From assembly GCF_004010195.1 (NCBI RefSeq), contig NC_057719.1:90673756-90722490 (forward strand): 48,735 nt of DNA, read 5' to 3'. Below the pieces are notes generated by a model. It made no database searches. It saw only the letters and a list, made by a program, of their open reading frames with translations, and was not told the origin of the DNA. The stretch comes from Chiloscyllium plagiosum (taxonomy: Eukaryota). Positions 10,615 to 21,808 of this stretch are shown here, piece after piece (position 1 is the first letter of the stretch; every line of letters begins with the position of its first letter). The position numbers were made by a program, and so were the translations under genes.

Positions 10615-11950
10615 AGAAACTAAGGTCTTAAATTTAAACAAAGCCATTGCATGACTTTGAAGGATGGTCTAGTTTAAGGTAGATTGGGAAATTAGATTAA
10701 GAACCATGAGTGTGACTTAGCAGTTGTGAATATAAAACACAATTCTCAATGTGTATGCATTCCCTTGACACACAACCTCCTGCAAGAGTGCTCTAACTAT
10801 AATTAATTCAGCGAAATTAAGAATGGAAAAACTTATGTTTCAAAAGGAAATTATCTTGCCAAAATAATTCTAAGATTGCAAGTCTTCTAAAGGATTGCCA
10901 AAAAGCTGATAGGAAAAAAAATGAAACATGAAGGTCAAAATATATAGCAAATTGTGAAAGTTGTTATAAAAATGCAAAATGGATGAGACCAGTGAAAGGA
11001 GGTGCCTTTGAGGCAAGGGGAAAAAAATTATAATGGGTAATAAGGGTAATGTAAAATATTTTATCTGTTTTCACAGAAGGCTTTGTAGGAGCATGTAATA
11101 AGGCTAATACAGTAGCCATGAGTGACAGGAACTGGTGGGAATCCATGTTCAAATGAGAATGAGGAAGTTCAAGTATTAATAGAATACAAATTGGATGAAT
11201 TATGGAACTAAAGATGACAATCCTCTAGACCTAATGGGCCACATTCTAGTAGATGAATTGGTTTTGATCTTTCAGAATTTTCTAGATTCTAGAACAATCC
11301 TCATCAATTGGAAGATAATAAGTGTAAATGCTCCTGTTTATGGAGGGAGATGAAGAGAACTGTAGGACAAGTTCCCTGATGTTAGTCAAAACGTGCTGAA
11401 GCCTGTTATTATGATAGTGGCAACAGAGCATTGAGAAAGTCATTTAGCTGAGTCATCATAGATTTTGAAATAGATCTATTTTTGAGGATATAACCAGCAG
11501 AATTAAGGGAAACTAGGAGATATAGAATAAGTTTAATATAGATTGCCAGAAGTCATCTTTTATGGTGCAACACAAACACTTATAGCAAAAATGTAGAATT
11601 CATGAGAGTGGTGGCATTATTTTAGCTTGGATTGGAGATTGAAGAATGGACAGAAGTAGAGAACAGCAATCATTTTGGCTTTATAGTTTATAACTGTTGA
11701 GATGACAGAAGGGTCAGAGCTTGGGCTTCATCTATTAACAATCTGTATCATTTGACATAGATAGGGAAGCACTGTAATGCATTGAAATTTTCTGACAATG
11801 CAGAGTAAGTCATGAAAGGGACTCAAAATTTTGGGCAAAAAGCTGGCAATTTGGGGAAATATGAAATTATCCATTCTGGATAAAAAGCAGAACATCTTTT
11901 AGCGATGGGAGATATGAAAATGCTGCAATTTACAGAGGTCTTGTCCTTGT
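10615..11950 (+). mobile_element. Old, heavily decayed CR1 ORF2 fragment
   Basis: Remnants resembling [33 protein letters not shown] and KF.D in the expected order, with many indels. Confidence 0.6.
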
Positions 11951-11959
11951 TCTCTATAA

Positions 11960-12420
11960 ACTGGATTTATGTTCCACTTTAATATAGCATGAAAAATGCC
12001 AAGGTACTTGCTGATTAATCATGATCTTGTTGAATGATTGAACAGGCTTGTAGGCTAAATGTCTGCCATCAATTTTGATATACATGGGACTCCAACAAAA
12101 GTTGACATCAAATTCATAAAGGAAATATTAAGTCAGGTGACTGAAACCTTTGTCAAAGAGGTGTGTTTTAACTAGAGAAGAGTTGGAGAGAGAGAACCGT
12201 ACAGCAAGGGAATTGCATAGATTCGAGTCTTGGTAGTTGAAATCACAGGCAGCATTACTGGACCAATTAAAAATAGAAAAGTGAAAGAGGTCAGTCTTGA
12301 AAGGATGCACATATCTAAAATTCGTAAGGCTGGAGGATGATCCAGAGAAGGCAACGTTGTGGAGAGATTTGAAATGAGACTTTTAAATTCAAAATCTTGG
12401 TCAATCATAGGTTGATGCAT
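11960..12420 (-). mobile_element. L2-clade LINE 3' end
   Basis: Matches the recalled shark L2 3' end (GGTGAC..AAAC.TT.GTCAAAGAGGT..GTTTTAA); minus-strand remnants of FK.L..F and WNSL. Confidence 0.65.
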
Positions 12421-12514
12421 GTTAACTTTAGGCGCTCCTTGTTTACAGGTACAACAAGCTCAAGCCCTGTCTATGTTTGCACTCAGCGCCTGTTTGATTA
12501 TATGGTTAAGACAG

Positions 12515-13400
12515 CAGACCGATTCCTGGGATGAGAAGGCTTTCTCTTGGGGAGAGGTGAGGTGAATGAGCCTTATAGTCTCCAGAGTTTAGTAGAATGA
12601 AAGGTATTAATTAGAACTCGTAAGCTTCCGAGAGGGCTTAACAAACCCGCTGTTGAAATGTTGTTCCCTATCTGGGGAACCTAGCTGTTAGTAGCTGAGA
12701 CCCTCACTTTATTAGATGTTTCAAGCAGGTGTAATGTGGATATTCCAGGAGAGAATCAGCTGGTCAAACCACTTAATTTTAAACAAAACAGAATTTATTT
12801 ACAAGGTTACCGAATAAAACACAAACAAAGACAACAGAACACAGAATAACTTAACCTATCCGAAATCCCAACTTAATGATGCTGTTCCAAATACTTGCAA
12901 CAATCTCCATAAACACCCTTTGGCACAAATGTTAAAATCAAATGCGCAGGGTCTTAGAGGAGAGAAGTCAGAGAGAGAGTACCAGCCTGGACGCGCAGCT
13001 TTTGGGTCCAGCAGCTTTTACAACACCAATGTGCTAAATCCAAACCAAATCAGAGAAATGCTGAGCTGGGAGCACAGCAACTCCCCTTTCAGTGTACAAC
13101 TTTTTTTTAAACTTGAAAGCCTTCTGCCTGAGGCAGTATCCATTAGCTATTATCAAATTGGCCCTGGAACCCTTCAACTTAGACTTCTCAGAGTCTGTTT
13201 TTACGACCTCTTTGAAAAAAAAAACCAAGGACAACATAACCATGTTAAAGGAGCAGCTTCGTCCCAATATATATCAAATGTTTAGGTCTGAGGTAAGGAG
13301 AAATTACTTCACTCAAAGTTAAGTGGTTGCTCAGTCGTTGAAAATATTCAAGACTGGTGAATAGATTAGGGGCAGTGAGGGAGGTAAGGTTGTCATGCTT
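12515..13400 (+). mobile_element. CR1 3' fragment, split by a solo LTR
   Basis: IPGMRR..EFSRMKG..RGLN before 12686; TTTAGGTCTGAGGTAAGGAGAAATTACTTCACTCA resumes after 13266. Confidence 0.65.
12686..13266 (-). mobile_element. Putative solo LTR (about 580 bp)
   Basis: TG...CA ends; minus-strand AATAAA (12794-12799) followed by a T-rich U5-like tract; cleanly interrupts a CR1; no clear TSD. Confidence 0.6.
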
Positions 13401-13456
13401 CAATTATATTGGGAATCATTAAGATCACATCTGGAATATGGTTTTCAGTCTGAGGT

Positions 13457-13610
13457 AGATAAGAACATGAGTAGACCATTTAGCTGCTTGAACTTGTTCT
13501 ACTGTTTAATATGATCACAGCTGATTGAATGTTTCAATGCCTTGACACACAATAACTCATTTGACTTTTTATACATTGGCTATCAGAAATCCAGCAATCT
13601 CTAAATATAC
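13457..13610 (-). mobile_element. CR1 3' tail remnant
   Basis: GAGTAGACCATTTAGC..TTGAACTTGTTCTACTGTTTAATATGATCACAGCTGAT. Confidence 0.55.
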
Positions 13611-13624
13611 ACAAAGATGGTTTG

Positions 13625-14220
13625 CAACTTTGTGCAGTTTTGGTCTCTTCATTTAAGGAATGATATCATATGTTGGAGGCGATTCAGAGGATGTTTATTA
13701 GATTGATATCTGGAATGAGGCGGTTGTCATACAAGGAAAGTTTGGGCAGGCTGGGCTTGTCTTCTCTGCATTTTAGGTTTGATTGAAATATATAACATCC
13801 TGAAAGGGCTTGGTGAGCTGGATGTGGAAAGGACGTTTCCCCTTGTGGATGAATCCAAATCTAGGGGAGTCAATTGTTGTGAAGCTGAGAGAGCAGAGCA
13901 GGTCAGACAGCATCCCTAAAAGCAGCAAAGTCAATGTTCAGCTGAAACCCTTCGCCAGTCCAGGTGACACCGTTTTAAATTTAGGTGATTCTGTTTTAGG
14001 ACAGAGATGAAAGGGCCTATTTTCCCTCTGACTTTTGAACTCTCTGCATCAGAAGGACGAAGGCGGTATTGTTGAATATTGTTAAGGCAGAAGGCAATAG
14101 ATCCTTGAAGGTTATTGGGATTGGACTGAAGTTTGGAAGATAAAAATGTTCATGACCAAATTGAGTAGCAGAGCAGCTTGAATGATAAATGATCTCATTC
14201 TGCACCTAATTCCTATGTTT
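13625..14220 (+). mobile_element. CR1 3' end with a small PLE-like insert at about 13880-13960
   Basis: FVQFWSLHLRNDI.MLEAIQRMFIRLISGM; CR1 tail ending TTCCTATGTTTA. Confidence 0.8.
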
Positions 14221-14794
14221 ATACAAGTGTTGTTAACTTGAAAATTGGAGTTTTGACAAAAGGGCAATGATTAAATAGTGGATGTGCTCCTAAAAAGTAA
14301 AAGTTGTCATTAAAAAATGTGTTTAAACAAATACTAATATACCAGATATTTGTGATAATTTCTACACGAACTAGGTACTTGGACCTTCCCTGTAGACGAT
14401 GGCAGCCTCATCTCAATGGTTAAAAAAAAACAATTTCCACCCAACATCTGCTCTTTGGACCTCGGCCTAATTGACTAACAGACCTGCTTTCATTCCTTTG
14501 GCTTTTGATGATACTTCCAGTTGAGGAATATCTTATGCTTGTTACTTAAGAACCTCCTGGTTATTCTCATTAAACCAATTATGAAGTTTCCTGGTAGAGA
14601 AGCCGAGAACCTCCCAATAGGTAATGACCACTTGGCATGTATGAAACACTATAATGTAAGTAGTTAATGTTGCAGAAGGAACTTTTCATGGCACGGTGAC
14701 TATATTCATGAATACAGCTACAAAACCTGCTCTTGCATTTACAGTAAGAAGGTTTTGATAAAATTAAACAAGACGTTAGCTAGAATACTGGGAA

Positions 14795-14930
14795 AGTTTT
14801 GGGCCACTTATCTAAGGAAAGATGTACTGGCTTTGGAGGCAGTCCAGACAAAGTTCATTACCTGATACTAGGTATGAAGGCGCTATCTTATGAAGATGGG
14901 TCCAGTAGATTGGGCCTCTGTTCATTAGAA
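14795..14930 (+). mobile_element. CR1 RT C-terminal fragment
   Basis: FWATYLRKDVLALEAVQ..LILGMKALSYE..LGLCSLE. Confidence 0.8.
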
Positions 14931-15090
14931 TATAGAATAGAGCCATACAGCACAGAAACAGACCCTATGGTCCAATTTATCAATGCCGACCAAGCTTTCC
15001 AACTGGACTATTCCCATTTGCACGCATTTGACCCATATCCCTCTAAATCTTCCTTATTCACGTACCTATCCAAATGTTTTTATAAATACT
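14931..15090 (-). mobile_element. CR1/HER1 3' tail
   Basis: TAGAGCCATACAGCACAGAAACAGACCC..CCCATATCCCTCTAAA, same family as 1815-2242. Confidence 0.75.
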
Positions 15091-15096
15091 TTAGCT

Positions 15097-16100
15097 ATAA
15101 GACCATAAGATATAGGAGCAGGAATTGGGCTATTCAGCCCATTGAGTCTGCTCTGCCATTCAATCATGGTTGATAAGTTTCTCAATCCTATTCTCCCACT
15201 TGCTCTTCATAACCCTTGATCCCCTTGAGAATCTATCTCTGTCTTAAATATACTCAATGACCTGGTCTCCACAGCCTTCTGTGGCAATGAATTCCATAGA
15301 TTCACACTCTCCATTCTAAAAGGTCTTCTCTTTACTCTAAGTCTGTGCCCCTCAGACCCTAGTTTCTCCTACCAATGGAAACATCTTCTATGCATACATT
15401 CTGTCCAGGCCATTCAGTATTCTGTGTTTCAATTAGATCCCCCCCCCCCCATCCTTCTAAACTCCATTGAGTACAGACCCAGAATCCTCAAATGTTACAG
15501 ATGTGTTAAGCTTTTCATTCCTGGGACCATTCGCGTGAGCATCCTCTGAACATTCTCCAGAGCCAGTATATCCTTCCAGGGATATGGGGCCCAAAACAGA
15601 GCATAGTACTTCAAATGTGGTCTGACCAGAGTCTTACAGAGCCTCATAAATGTATCCCTGCTTTTATATTCAAGTCCTGTCAAAATAAATGCCAACATTG
15701 CATATGCTTTCCTAACTATTGACTCAACCTTTAAGTTTACTTTGTGCTAATCCTGGACTAGAACTTCCAAGTCTTTTTGCACTGAGACTTCTGAATTTTC
15801 TGTCTGTTTAGAAAATAGTCCATGCTTCTATTCTTCTAACAAAGTGTGTGACCTTACACTTTGCCACATTGGACTCCATTTGCCACTTCTTTGCCCACTC
15901 TCCTAACCTGTCCAAATCCTTCTGCAGTTTCCCCACCTCCTCAGTACGACCTATCTTTGTACCATCTGCAAACTTAACCTTTGTTCCTTCATCTAGATTG
16001 TTAATGTATAAAGTGAAAAGTTGTCCCAGCACTGAGCCTTGAGGAACACCATTTGTCACTGGCTGCCAACCTGAGAAAGACGCTTCTATCCCCATCTGCC
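15097..16100 (-). mobile_element. CR1 LINE 3' about 1 kb
   Basis: [48 protein letters not shown]; tail repeat (TAAGACCA)n. Confidence 0.92.
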
Positions 16101-16119
16101 ACTCCTCGGCCCACTGGTC

Positions 16120-16270
16120 CAAATGTTCAAGATCTTTTTTTCATCTTAGATAACCTTATTCAGTGTCCACTATACCACCAATTTTGGTGTCATCTGCAAA
16201 TTTAGTTCCCATGCCTTCTGTTTTCTCACCTAAATCATTTATATAAATAGCAATCAACAGTGGATCCAAG
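16120..16270 (-). mobile_element. CR1 RT fragment
   Basis: LDPLLIAIYINDL..KFADDTKIGGIVD. Confidence 0.8.
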
Positions 16271-16271
16271 A

Positions 16272-16685
16272 ATGAGATTATTGAAACTTTATTGAAACAT
16301 ATAAGATTCTCAGGGGACATAATGGGGTACATGTGGAAAGGGTGTGATCGTTTGTACATGGGTCCAGAACCAGAGGGCATAATCTCGGAATAAAGGGTCA
16401 GCCATTTAAAGCAGAGAAGAGGAGAATTTTTTCTGCTGGAGGGTTGTGAATCTTTTGATATTCTTTATGATAGAGAGTTGTTGAGATTGGATCATTAATT
16501 ACTTACTCTGACTGTTAAATATATGAGAGAGACTTTTTTTTATCAGTTGGGTTATGGGGGAAAGGCAGAAAAGTGGGTTAAGGATTAACAGATCAGTTAT
16601 AATTTCATTGAATGGTGGAGGAAGCTTGATGTGTTGAATGTCCTACTTCTGCTGCTATATCTTGTAGCTTTCTGGTCTTATGGTT
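16272..16685 (+). mobile_element. CR1 3' end
   Basis: LIETYKILRG..RGHNL.IKG.PFKAE.RR; typical 3' UTR. Confidence 0.8.
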
Positions 16686-16769
16686 ACATTGGTTTCTTAA
16701 GAATGAATCCAACTTTTAAAAATAATAAGAGACAGTGGGGAATCTGCTCCTGTAAGACTTGAAAATGTC

Positions 16770-17615
16770 TGTTTCTGCCACCTACAAACAGACCCCACCA
16801 CCAGAGGTATATTTCCCTCTCCACCCCATCCACTTTATGTAAAAATTATTCCCTCCACGACTCCCTCGTCAGGTCCGCGCGCCCCCACACCCCACCAACC
16901 CACCATCCCCTCCCGACACCTTCCCCTGCTGCCGCAGGAATTGCAAATCCTGTGCCCACACCTCCCCCCTCACCTCTGTCCAAGGCTCCAAAGGAGCCTT
17001 CCATATCCGTCAGAGTTTTACCTGCACTTCCACACATCATTTAATGTATCCGTTGCTCCCAATGCGGTCTCCTCCACGTTGGGGAGACAGGACGCCTACT
17101 AGCAGAGCGTTTCAGAGAACACCCCTGGGACACTCACACCAATCAACCCCACCAAACTGTAGCTGAACACTTCAACATCCCCTCCCATTCCACCAAGGAC
17201 ATGCAGGTACTGGACCTCTTCCATTACCACTCCCTAATCTCCCAACACTGGGAGGAAGAACGCCTCATCTTCTGTCTCGGGACCTTCAACTCCACTGCAT
17301 CAATGTGGATTTCACCAGTTTCCTCATTTCCCCTCCCCCGACCTTATCCCAGTTCCAGTCTTCCAACTCGACACTGCCTGTCCTACCTGTCCATCTTCTT
17401 TCCCACCTATCCGCTCCACCCTCCTCTCTGACCTGTCATCATTACCCCCACCTCCATCCACCTATCCCATGTTCAGCTACTTTCCCCCACCCCCTTCCCA
17501 TTTATCTCACCACCCGCTCGGCGCTCAGCCTCATTCCTGATGAAGGGCTTTTGTTCGAAACACTGATTCTCCTGCTCCTGGGATGCTGCCAGACCTGTGC
17601 TTTTCCAGCACTACA
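16770..17615 (+). mobile_element. Penelope-like element (Neptune type): Zn-finger linker + GIY-YIG endonuclease pseudogene + pLTR
   Basis: From 16921: FPCCRRNCKSCAHTS..FHIRQSFTCTS/(frameshift, stop)CIRCSQCGLLHVGETGRLLAERFREH..VAEHFN..EEERLIFCLGT; C-rich 3' UTR; CCTGATGAAGGGCTTTTGTTCGAAAC near 17537. Confidence 0.9.
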
Positions 17616-17619
17616 CACC

Positions 17620-17832
17620 CATCACTATGTATGTACTCCGTTCACTCCCCACCCCACCCCTCATCACTATTATTACAGCCCTTTCCCAGCTATTGTTCAG
17701 ACGAAGGGTCACAGGACTTGAAGCGTTAACTCTGTTTTTCTCTCGACAGGTGCTGCCAAACCTGCTGATTTTCTTCAGTAATTTTTATACTTTGTTCAGA
17801 CTTCAGCATTTCATTATCTTTGTTTTAGTTTA
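17620..17832 (+). mobile_element. PLE 3' end/pLTR (family D)
   Basis: CAGACGAAGGGTCACAGGACTTGAAGCGTTAAC (decayed HHR), then GTGCTGCCAAACCTGCTGA tail. Confidence 0.7.
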
Positions 17833-17856
17833 GTGTCATGCCTTTTTAACCAGTTA

Positions 17857-18430
17857 CAGGCCATTCTGCTATGGGTGGCACAGTGGCTCAGTGGTTAGCA
17901 CTGCTGCCTCACAGTGCCAGAGACCTGGGTTCAATTCCAATCTCGGGTGACTGACTGTGTGGAGTTTGCACAATTTCCCCGTGTCTGCTTGGGTTTCCTC
18001 CAGGTGCTCCCGTTTCCTCCCACAATCATGGAGATGTGCAAATTAGGTGAATTGGCCATGCTAAATTGCCCACAGTGGTTCAGAGATGTGTAGGTTTGGT
18101 GGATTAGTTATGTCTAAATGTAAAGTAATAGGGTAGGGGAATGGTTCAGGGTGGGTTATTCTTCAGAGGGTCGTTGTGGACTTGTTAGGCCTAATGGACT
18201 GTTTCTACACTGTAGATATTCTATGATTTCCATCTATGATTTCAATGTGTGTGTTGCTAACATGAATTTGCTATAATGTGATTGACAAATTGGGGCCACT
18301 GTTTCTAAGCCATGTGCTGCCTGCAACACGATTACATCACCAAGACTTTAAGTGCTGTTTCTAATGCACGATTTTCTATAACATGGGGTTGCACAAGAAT
18401 GCAACTATCAAGTTATAGAAGAGCTACTTG
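17857..18430. mobile_element. Tc1/mariner (Tigger-like) MITE interrupted by an HE1 SINE
   Basis: TA|CAGGCCATTCTGCTAT ... ATAGAAGAGCTACTTG|TA: degenerate TIRs (about 10/16) with TA on both sides; internal CTATAA repeats. Confidence 0.55.
17873..18243 (+). mobile_element. HE1-type SINE, full length
   Basis: GGGTGGCACAGTGGCTCAGTGGTTAGC head, B-box GGTTCAATTCC, V-domain, CTATGATT tail. Confidence 0.92.
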
Positions 18431-18899
18431 TATTGCAAAATATATTTGACTAATGTAAGCATTCTAGATTTTGAATGATAAAGTCTCAGAATAATTTTAT
18501 TTCTTTGTGTGGGTGATCATGCACCAGTAGGCATCATAATTGAATGTCTCAGTACATGCTGCTGCAAAGCGGGCCCCAGATATCCAAATTCTTGCCCAAG
18601 TTGGGAGCACACCAATGAGTTGTATCACTGGATAGTTATTCAAAAAATGCTAATTTTTGAATGCTTCCTTGTTCATTGAGTAAGCATGACTTCATTTAAA
18701 ACGGTAGTCACTTTGTACTTGAAGGGAGATGACAGTACTATATTAATTAGTAGTTTTGATGCTTTCCTGCTCTAGATTAACTCATTAGTTTTCCTCTGCT
18801 AAAGTAACATGTGCATAAAGAGGCCATGAGCTATAAAGGGAAGGGCAATAAATGCAATAAAGTATGATCTGCACCATATAATTGATGCGCTATGACATT

Positions 18900-19095
18900 A
18901 CAGAAAGCAACAAATGCTGGAATCACAACGGATCAGACAGCATCCATGGAGAGAGAGTAAGCTATTGTTTCAAGTTTAGATGATTCTTCATTAGAGCTGA
19001 AGTGTGGAAGGGACAGCATTTATGTTGCAGTTTAGGAGTGGTAAGGGTGGGGATTGTGGGTGTAGGGTGCTGATAGAGAAAAGATGTTGATTATC
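18900..19095 (-). mobile_element. PLE 3' end/pLTR remnant
   Basis: AAATGCTGGA..TCAGACAGCATCC..TGTTTCAAGT..TCTTCATTAG (decayed HHR on minus strand), then a G-rich tract. Confidence 0.6.
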
Positions 19096-19292
19096 CAGAT
19101 TACTACTTATTTCACTTGTTGCAACTTCAATCACAAACTATGACAAATATGAGTATCAGCAGTATTGTACAGAAGATTTATTGTTAAACTTTCTGCTTTA
19201 AACTTAGACAACATTATGGCGTTTTCCATTTTTTATAGAAACCTATTTGCAAATGTTTTACGGAATAACATCATGTTAGAAAACTTCAGAAT

Positions 19293-19825
19293 GGTGGCTG
19301 CGGTGGCTCAGTGATAACATGCTCCCTTCTGAGTCAGTAAATTGTGGATTCTTGTCCATTTCTAGAAACTTGAATATAATTAGTGTTAACGCAAGTGCAT
19401 TGCTGCGGAAGTGCGGCGTTGTCAGGAATGCTGTATTTCCAATGGACCTGTTTGCTCCTCCGATATCACGTGGCAGTATTTGAAGAAAAATAGAGGTGTT
19501 TTTTTTCCAGTTTTCTGGCAGTCCTGAGCTTTGTTTGCTGCAGCTAATCTGATGCTCTTCTGAAATATGTTCTCAAAAATAAACTTCACCACTTTTCAAG
19601 TCCAGCCATTGTCTCTAAGTCATTGACGGAGACAATGTTATCAGGAGAGAATTTGAAAGTTTATCATTCAGCCAGCAGGACTATAATAAAAGCAGGTCAC
19701 TTGGTCATTACCATGTAGCTGTTTCTGGAAACTTGTAAGTTGTTTGCTATGTTTCCTGACTACAACAGTTTAGTGCCTAAAGTTCTTTGGAGCAATCTGA
19801 AGTGAAAGATGCTATATTAGTGCTT
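19293..19825 (+). mobile_element. Deu-domain SINE (SacSINE1/AmnSINE1-like) with an internal insert of about 140 bp
   Basis: tRNA-like head GTGGCTCAGTG..CTGAGTCAG; Deu-like GTGGCAGTATTTGAAGAA and TGGTCATTA..GCTGTTT; tail GAAAGATGCTATAT. Confidence 0.7.
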
Positions 19826-19976
19826 GAGATATCGGTTGATACTTTTCTTTCACTTAATTGTTACTTGCTGCGATAAAAATTATATATACTTGTGTAAAAG
19901 CTGACCCCCCAGTTGTTGCCCAAAAAAACCCAAATATTTCAAATACCTTGTGTAAAAGTCGACTGTAGTTTTTCAG

Positions 19977-20170
19977 AGTGGTGCTGGAAAAGCACAGCAG
20001 GTCAGGCAGCATCCGAGGAGCAGGAAAATCGACATTTCGGGCAAAAGCCCTTCATCAGGAAGAAACGTCGATTTTCCTGCTCCTCGGATGCTGCCTGACC
20101 TGTCGTGCTTTTCCAGCACCACTCTGATCTAAACTCTGGTTTCCAGCATCTGCAGTCCTCACTTTTGCCT
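19977..20170. mobile_element. Fold-back PLE pLTR insertion (family A)
   Basis: Inverted arms joined at about 20061; perfect 13-bp TSD TGTAGTTTTTCAG at 19964-19976 and 20171-20183. Confidence 0.9.
20031..20058 (-). ncRNA. Minimal type-I hammerhead ribozyme core
   Basis: Minus strand: CUGAUGA-A-GGGC UUUU GCCC-GAAA-U-GUC; all catalytic core bases present. Confidence 0.7.
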
Positions 20171-20860
20171 TGTAGTTTTTCAGGGCTCTCTTCCTGATCA
20201 AATATGCAACTTTATGGTCAGACAGAGCTTTATTTGTTTACAATGTAGAGACGCTATCATCATGAACTTGATACTACTTGGATACTATTCATTACTGGTA
20301 TAAAAAATCTTGAAGTGCTGGTACTTACCGATAAGCTACAAAACTAAGCTTTATATACAGTAAGAGTGTTAATATGACAAAGCAAACTATGGTAAATGTG
20401 TACTCTCTACGGTAGGCTTTTGATCATGCTTCCGAACACCGTTGGCTACCAGTAAATTATGGCATTAATTTATGTGGTGTCCTGACAACCAGCTGGTATG
20501 CCTATTAAGTTTTGTACGTATATGTCAACTTACATGCACTTTATGGTACTGGTAACTGGAACACTGTATGACAATGCTATTCTACCATAGCAGGCAAAAT
20601 GGTGACAAATATTCAATAATAGTCATAATTCTTTTTCCTTTTGTTGTTTATTATTTTATATAGCGATCTAGCTCTGGTTTGTCCATTTTTTTCGACTCAT
20701 ACCAAGCATGAGTTTCATCCCCTTGCAAGCAATACTCATGTAATAGTCGATCACCCAATTTCACCTTTAGAAGAAAAGTCTAAAGCATTTGACTTTTACA
20801 CGAGTATATATGGTATATTTTTGCAGGTTGGATGTACTTGTCAATTCTTACCATTCCTAA

Positions 20861-21182
20861 ATCATAAAATTATAGATTTCCTACAGTGCGGAAAGAGGCC
20901 ACTCTGCCCATTGAGTGTGCACCCAGACTTCCAGTACCCTCCAGCCTATCCCTCTAGCCCTGCATTTACCACGGTAAATCTACCTAGTCTGCACATCATG
21001 GACACTGCAGGACAATTTAGCATGGCCGATCCATCTAACCTGCACATCTTTTGACTTTGGGAAGAAACCAGAGCACCTGGTCCAGACAGACATGGGGAGA
21101 ACGTGCATACTTCATAGACAGTGACCCAAGGCTGGAATCAAGCCCGGATCCCTGGTGCTGTGAGGCAACAGTGCTAGCTACT
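20861..21182 (-). mobile_element. HE1-type SINE
   Basis: Reverse-complement head GTGCTGTGAGGCAACAGTGCTA, V-domain and tail. Confidence 0.88.
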
Positions 21183-21726
21183 TAAAAGCACCTAAAACTT
21201 GAGATTGAGTTGCTTTGTGAGTCAAACAGTAACATAATCTAGGAAAAAAGATGGAAAATGTTACTTATTAGAATTAGTGGCTTTGGTTTGTTAACAAAAA
21301 TTGGATTCAATATGCTGGTTAATACAGAATATTCCAACATGTAATTTAATGTCCATTGTGAAATAACTGGCTTCCTTTATTTTCTTCAAAATTGGAACTG
21401 TTTTGTTTTTGTCTGATGGCTCTTGTTTCAACTGAAGTGTTAATAAGCCACAAAGATTTGTCTTGTAGGTAAAGGATCAATCCAAGTTGGGCCACATGAC
21501 TTCGATATGATTAATAATGGATAAATAATAAAAAAGGAAAGAGACATATTTCCTTTTGAGACTCACTTCTACAGTCAGCAATAGATGCTGATGTAATTTG
21601 TTGTTATTGAGAAAGGAAAAGCAAATTTAAACCAGGACGCAGGATTTAAAATAACATGTAACTTTTCAAAGTTGTTGAGCTGACTTTAGGGATTCTCACG
21701 CTCTTGAATATATTTCACCCTTCAGA

Positions 21727-21765
21727 TTTGGAAGTTTCTTCTGTCAGTCAGAAGAAACTTCCAAA
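21727..21765. repeat. Perfect 17-bp inverted repeat with 5-nt loop
   Basis: TTTGGAAGTTTCTTCTG-tcagt-CAGAAGAAACTTCCAAA. Confidence 0.95.
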
Positions 21766-21808
21766 GCTGCTAGCAGGTGTGTTCCTGTTCCTAACACAAA
21801 AGTCTTGA

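Larger units (their letters stand above)
19880..20813. mobile_element. Non-autonomous Tc2/pogo-like DNA transposon
   Basis: TIR ATATATACTTGTGTAAAAG (19882-19900) vs CTTTTACACGAGTATATAT (20793-20811), 18/19 complementary; GG|TA right end; subterminal repeats TGTGTAAAAGTCGA (19950) and CATGTAATAGTCGA (20737). Confidence 0.75.

Noticed and set aside
12920..13322. Overlapping ORFs of 76-121 aa
   Set aside because: Lie within the putative solo LTR; no gag, pol or env motifs
17873..17945. tRNA-like sequences (also at 10108, 28639, 32120, 42890)
   Set aside because: They are SINE heads continuing into the V-domain, not tRNA genes
20641..21054. 137-aa ORF with a strong splice acceptor
   Set aside because: Runs through the right TIR of a Tc2-like transposon and into an antisense HE1 SINE; no recognisable domain
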